Origin: an uncultured Spirochaetota bacterium
GTDB taxonomy: Bacteria > Spirochaetota > Spirochaetia > SZUA-6 > Fen-1364
Reading direction: 5' to 3'
DNA length: 64,000 bases
Assembly: GCA_963745235.1 (NCBI GenBank)
Contig: CAVUXE010000033.1
Coordinates: forward strand, 64,536 to 128,535
Position numbers and translations under genes: made by a program. The notes beneath the pieces were generated by a model, which did not search any database, was not told where the DNA came from, and saw nothing but the letters and a program-made list of their open reading frames with translations. Positions 60,677 to 64,000 of this stretch are shown here, one piece after another. How positions within the stretch are numbered: the first letter of the stretch is position 1; each line of letters opens with the position of its first letter.

Positions 60677-61333
60677 GTGCCGCGGGAGACGTGCTACACG
60701 TGCTGGCGTCCAAGAAACTGCTGCCTTTGTCCGACGCAGCCGCCCATGGAAACGCGGACGCGAATGGTCCTTCTCATGCATCCGAAGGAGTACAGACACC
60801 AGAAATGCACCACGGGCAGGCTCCTCTGCCTGCATCTGAAGAACAGCGAAATCATTCCGGGCGTAGGTTTCGACAACAACGGCAGGGTACGCCAGCTCAT
60901 CGAAGACCCGGCCAATTACCCCGTTCTGCTCTATCCGGGAAAGGACGCGCTCAGCGTCCGGGACGTCTTTGCCGCCGGGCCCCGGGGCCGGCGGCTCGTC
61001 GTTTTTCTCATAGACGGGACCTGGCACTGCGCCCGCAAGATCGTTCGGGAGAGCCCGTTGCTTCTGCGTCTGCCCCGTCTCATGATCCGGCCCGACTCAC
61101 CCAGCCGTTTTACCATCAAACGCCAGCCGGCCCCCTGGTGCCTTTCCACTCTTGAAGCGGCACACGAGCTTCTCCTGCGGCTGGAGGCAGAGGACAGGGA
61201 CGTCTATCCCGACAGAGACAGGCTCCTCGCTGCATTCACCGCGATGCAGGACTTCCAGATCCGACAGACAGCCAGCGCGGCCGCCCAGGTCACCCATCGG
61301 GTTCGGGGAGTCAGAGAGCGGCTTGTGACCTGA
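60677..61333 (+). CDS. DTW-domain tRNA-uridine aminocarboxypropyltransferase
   Basis: CYTC..CLC, HPKE, TG, IDGTW, LSTLEA. Confidence 0.88.
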   Translation: MPRETCYTCWRPRNCCLCPTQPPMETRTRMVLLMHPKEYRHQKCTTGRLLCLHLKNSEIIPGVGFDNNGRVRQLIEDPANYPVLLYPGKDALSVRDVFAAGPRGRRLVVFLIDGTWHCARKIVRESPLLLRLPRLMIRPDSPSRFTIKRQPAPWCLSTLEAAHELLLRLEAEDRDVYPDRDRLLAAFTAMQDFQIRQTASAAAQVTHRVRGVRERLVT

Positions 61334-61452
61334 CTGCGACAGGAGGCGTGGGATGTCGGTTCTGATTCGCGTGTCATGACCATCGAAACCGAGCTCGACG
61401 TCTCCCCCTGGAGCGCAAAGGTGCAGCTGCAGAAAGGTCTGCCGCCCCTCGG

Positions 61453-62001
61453 CTAGAACACCTCCACAGTTTCGTGCACCAGCGAACGTCCTATCTCCAC
61501 TGCCTGCAGCGCCGGCCCGGTGCCCCGTTTCTCGAACCGAACGCGTACGGCCTCCGCCAGGGATTCGGTGGAAATGAAGTCGATGAGCCCCGTGAGCGCC
61601 CCCAGCATGCAGAGGTTCAGGTTTTGCGAGCTGTGCTGCGCGGCGAGGATGCTCGAATGCATGGGGAGCTCGATGCACCGGGCGTTGAGCTCATCGCGGC
61701 GATGCACGAAGTGCGGATCGACGAGCACGAAACCGCCCGGCCTGACGATCCAGGAGTACTTGTCGAAGGAAACCTGGCTCAGGCAGACAAGAACGTTCGG
61801 CTGCGTGACCTTGGGGAACTTGATCGGATCAGTGGCGATGATGACGTCCGCGCGAGCTGCACCGCCCCGTGCCTCCGCCCCGTAGCTCTGCGTCTGCACG
61901 GCCTCCAGGCCCTCGTAATGGATTGCGGCTTCGGCAAGGACAATAGCGGCAGTGATGATCCCCTGCCCACCGGTGCCGGAGAATACGAACCTCGTGATCA
62001 T
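61453..62001 (-). CDS. 2-oxoacid:ferredoxin oxidoreductase gamma subunit
   Basis: GTGGQG, QSYGAEARGG. Confidence 0.92.
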   Translation of the reverse strand: MITRFVFSGTGGQGIITAAIVLAEAAIHYEGLEAVQTQSYGAEARGGAARADVIIATDPIKFPKVTQPNVLVCLSQVSFDKYSWIVRPGGFVLVDPHFVHRRDELNARCIELPMHSSILAAQHSSQNLNLCMLGALTGLIDFISTESLAEAVRVRFEKRGTGPALQAVEIGRSLVHETVEVF

Positions 62002-62798
62002 CTTTCCACCCTCACTGCGCCGGCCGCCTTTGCCGCGTAGGAAGCGGTGTATTCGGGCTTTTCGATGTCCAGGAACACACCGACTCTTGTTTTCCCCTCG
62101 CCGTCTTCGGCGGCGGATGCGGAAACCGTATTGTCCCGGTACCACTTCATCATCTCCACGGCATCTCCCTTGCCGTTCTTCCTTCCGTAATAGGTGGGAC
62201 ACTGGGAAAGGACCTCGACGACCGAGAAGCCTTTGTGCTTGATTGCCCGCTCGAGAATCCTCGAAAGCTCCTGCGCATGATACGCGGTGGACCGGGCGAC
62301 GAAGGTGGCGCCCGCCGCCCTGGCAAGCTCCACGGCATCGAAGGGACTCTCGAGGTTCCCGGAAGGCGCAGTGGTGGCGTATTCCCCGCACCCGGTCATG
62401 GGAGATGACTGCCCTCCCGTCATCCCGTAGATCTGGTTGTTCATGATGATTGCGGTCAGGTCGATGTTCCTGCGCGCGGCATGGATGAAGTGGTTTCCGC
62501 CGATTGCGAGCGCGTCACCGTCTCCCATGGGGACAAGGATGGTGAGCTCCGGGCGGGCAAGCTTCACTCCCGTGGCGAAGGCAAGGGCGCGCCCGTGAAG
62601 AGTATGCAGTGTATGGAAGTCCGCATACCCTTCGATCCTTGAAGAGCAGCCGATCCCAGAGACCATCACCACGTTGTTGCGGTCCAGCTCCATTCTTTCC
62701 ACTGCGCGCAGCAGCGCGCCCAGGACAATGCCGTGACCGCATCCGGGGCACCAGATGTGCGGCATGAAGCGCGTGCGGAGAAATCCCGTTACCGGCAC
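61998..62798 (-). CDS. 2-oxoacid:ferredoxin oxidoreductase beta subunit
   Basis: WCPGCG, GIGCS, GDGD, YGMTGGQ. Confidence 0.94.
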   Translation of the reverse strand: MPVTGFLRTRFMPHIWCPGCGHGIVLGALLRAVERMELDRNNVVMVSGIGCSSRIEGYADFHTLHTLHGRALAFATGVKLARPELTILVPMGDGDALAIGGNHFIHAARRNIDLTAIIMNNQIYGMTGGQSSPMTGCGEYATTAPSGNLESPFDAVELARAAGATFVARSTAYHAQELSRILERAIKHKGFSVVEVLSQCPTYYGRKNGKGDAVEMMKWYRDNTVSASAAEDGEGKTRVGVFLDIEKPEYTASYAAKAAGAVRVER

Positions 62799-62799
62799 G

Positions 62800-63966
62800 T
62801 CACACCCCCTTTCCTTCTATGATGCGCATCACGTTCTTGATGTCGGTAGGGGTTATCATGGTGCCGTCGACACGGTTCGCCAGGAACACGCGCTGCGGAT
62901 TCTCTACCGCGGCTTTGACCTCCCGCACAATCTGGCCCATGTTCATCTCTACCACGATGACAAAGCGGGCATTGCGGCACTTCTGTCTCACCAGCTCTTC
63001 GGGGAATGGCCACAACGTCTGGAGCTCCAGGAGGCCGATCCGCGTGCCCACCGATCGCCTGTTCTCCATGATGTGCAGCGCGCTTCGCGCGGCCGAGCCA
63101 TAGGAGACAAGGACGATGTCCGCGTCCTCGAGGTGGTATTCCCGGTAGCGCAGCAGGGACTCCGCCCGGTTTTCGACCTTGTTCACCAGGTGATGGATCA
63201 GGTCGTTCGCCACATCCGGACGGTCTGACGGGAAACCCCACATGTCGTGAACGAGGCCGGTCACGTTGTAGCGATGCACGCCGCCGAAATCCGACATGGG
63301 GAGCCTTCCGTCCTCCCGGGGGAAGTACGGGTGATAGTCCACACCCCCCGGGACGGACGTGGTCAACCGTTCGGTAAGCTCGATTTCCCCCGGAGCCGGC
63401 ATGCGTATCTTCTCCCGCATGTGACCCAGGACCTCGTCCAGGAGCAGGACAACCGGGCTTCGGAAGACCTCGGAGAAGTTGAACGCGTCGACCACGAGGC
63501 GGAAGAGGTCCTGGTGATTGCTGGCGGTCAGCGCGATAATGGCGTGATCTCCGTGGGTTCCCCAGCGGGCCTGCATCACGTCGCCCTGTGCGGCCCGTGT
63601 GGGAAGGCCCGTCGACGGTCCGCCGCGCTGCACATCGATGATGACGCACGGGATCTCGGCCATGATTGCAAAGCCTATGGCTTCCTGCATGAGCGAGAAC
63701 CCCGGCCCGCTCGTTGCCGTCATTGCCTTTGCGCCCGTCAGCGACGCCCCGATCACGGCGCAGAGGCTGCCAATCTCGTCTTCCATCTGAATGAAACGGC
63801 CGCCGATTCTCGGAAGGCCATCGGAAAGGCGCTCAGCGATTTCCGTGGATGGTGTGATGGGATAACCGGCGAAGAAGCGAAGCCCAGCGTAGATTGCGGC
63901 CTCGGCGCAGACTTCGTTCCCCTGAAGGAACCGAACATCCGCGGACGTCTTTCGTGACACGCTCAT
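62800..63966 (-). CDS. 2-oxoacid:ferredoxin oxidoreductase alpha subunit
   Basis: YPITPS, MEDE, TSGPG, QRGGPSTG. Confidence 0.94.
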   Translation of the reverse strand: MSVSRKTSADVRFLQGNEVCAEAAIYAGLRFFAGYPITPSTEIAERLSDGLPRIGGRFIQMEDEIGSLCAVIGASLTGAKAMTATSGPGFSLMQEAIGFAIMAEIPCVIIDVQRGGPSTGLPTRAAQGDVMQARWGTHGDHAIIALTASNHQDLFRLVVDAFNFSEVFRSPVVLLLDEVLGHMREKIRMPAPGEIELTERLTTSVPGGVDYHPYFPREDGRLPMSDFGGVHRYNVTGLVHDMWGFPSDRPDVANDLIHHLVNKVENRAESLLRYREYHLEDADIVLVSYGSAARSALHIMENRRSVGTRIGLLELQTLWPFPEELVRQKCRNARFVIVVEMNMGQIVREVKAAVENPQRVFLANRVDGTMITPTDIKNVMRIIEGKGV

Positions 63967-64000
63967 AGCTCGGAGCTCTCCTGCCGGGGCTCAAGCGGTG

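Noticed and set aside
61376-61456. 26-aa ORF after the DTW gene
   Set aside because: Too short, no clear SD at the correct spacing and no motif

Overview
High-GC bacterial chromosomal window, gene-dense with about 65 CDS. It is diderm (an Omp85-barrel gene is present) and some hypothetical families look spirochaete-like, which is inference only. I found no rRNA, intact tRNA, CRISPR array, transposase or integrase. About ten genes are broken by single indels, mostly in short homopolymers, which suggests long-read assembly error rather than true pseudogenes. The most striking system is a rearranged non-homologous end joining (NHEJ) module. It has a LigD (phosphoesterase + polymerase) whose ligase domain has lost every catalytic residue and its OB fold, in an operon with a TM0106-type nuclease/SF1 helicase. 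A separate catalytically intact ATP-dependent ligase is coupled to a BRCT-MerR-HTH-TPR gene, and Ku lies 11 kb further on. Other highlights are an amidohydrolase-Omp85 fusion, an ECF sigma flanked by two genes sharing the same promoter motif, a perfect 26-bp palindrome over the promoter of a small orphan gene, a nucleoside-type ABC importer with creatininase and M20 hydrolase, secreted ankyrin paralogues, an SRA-like HNH nuclease, VapBC, RecQ and a 2-oxoacid:ferredoxin oxidoreductase operon. All calls come from motif recognition by eye; no searches were run.
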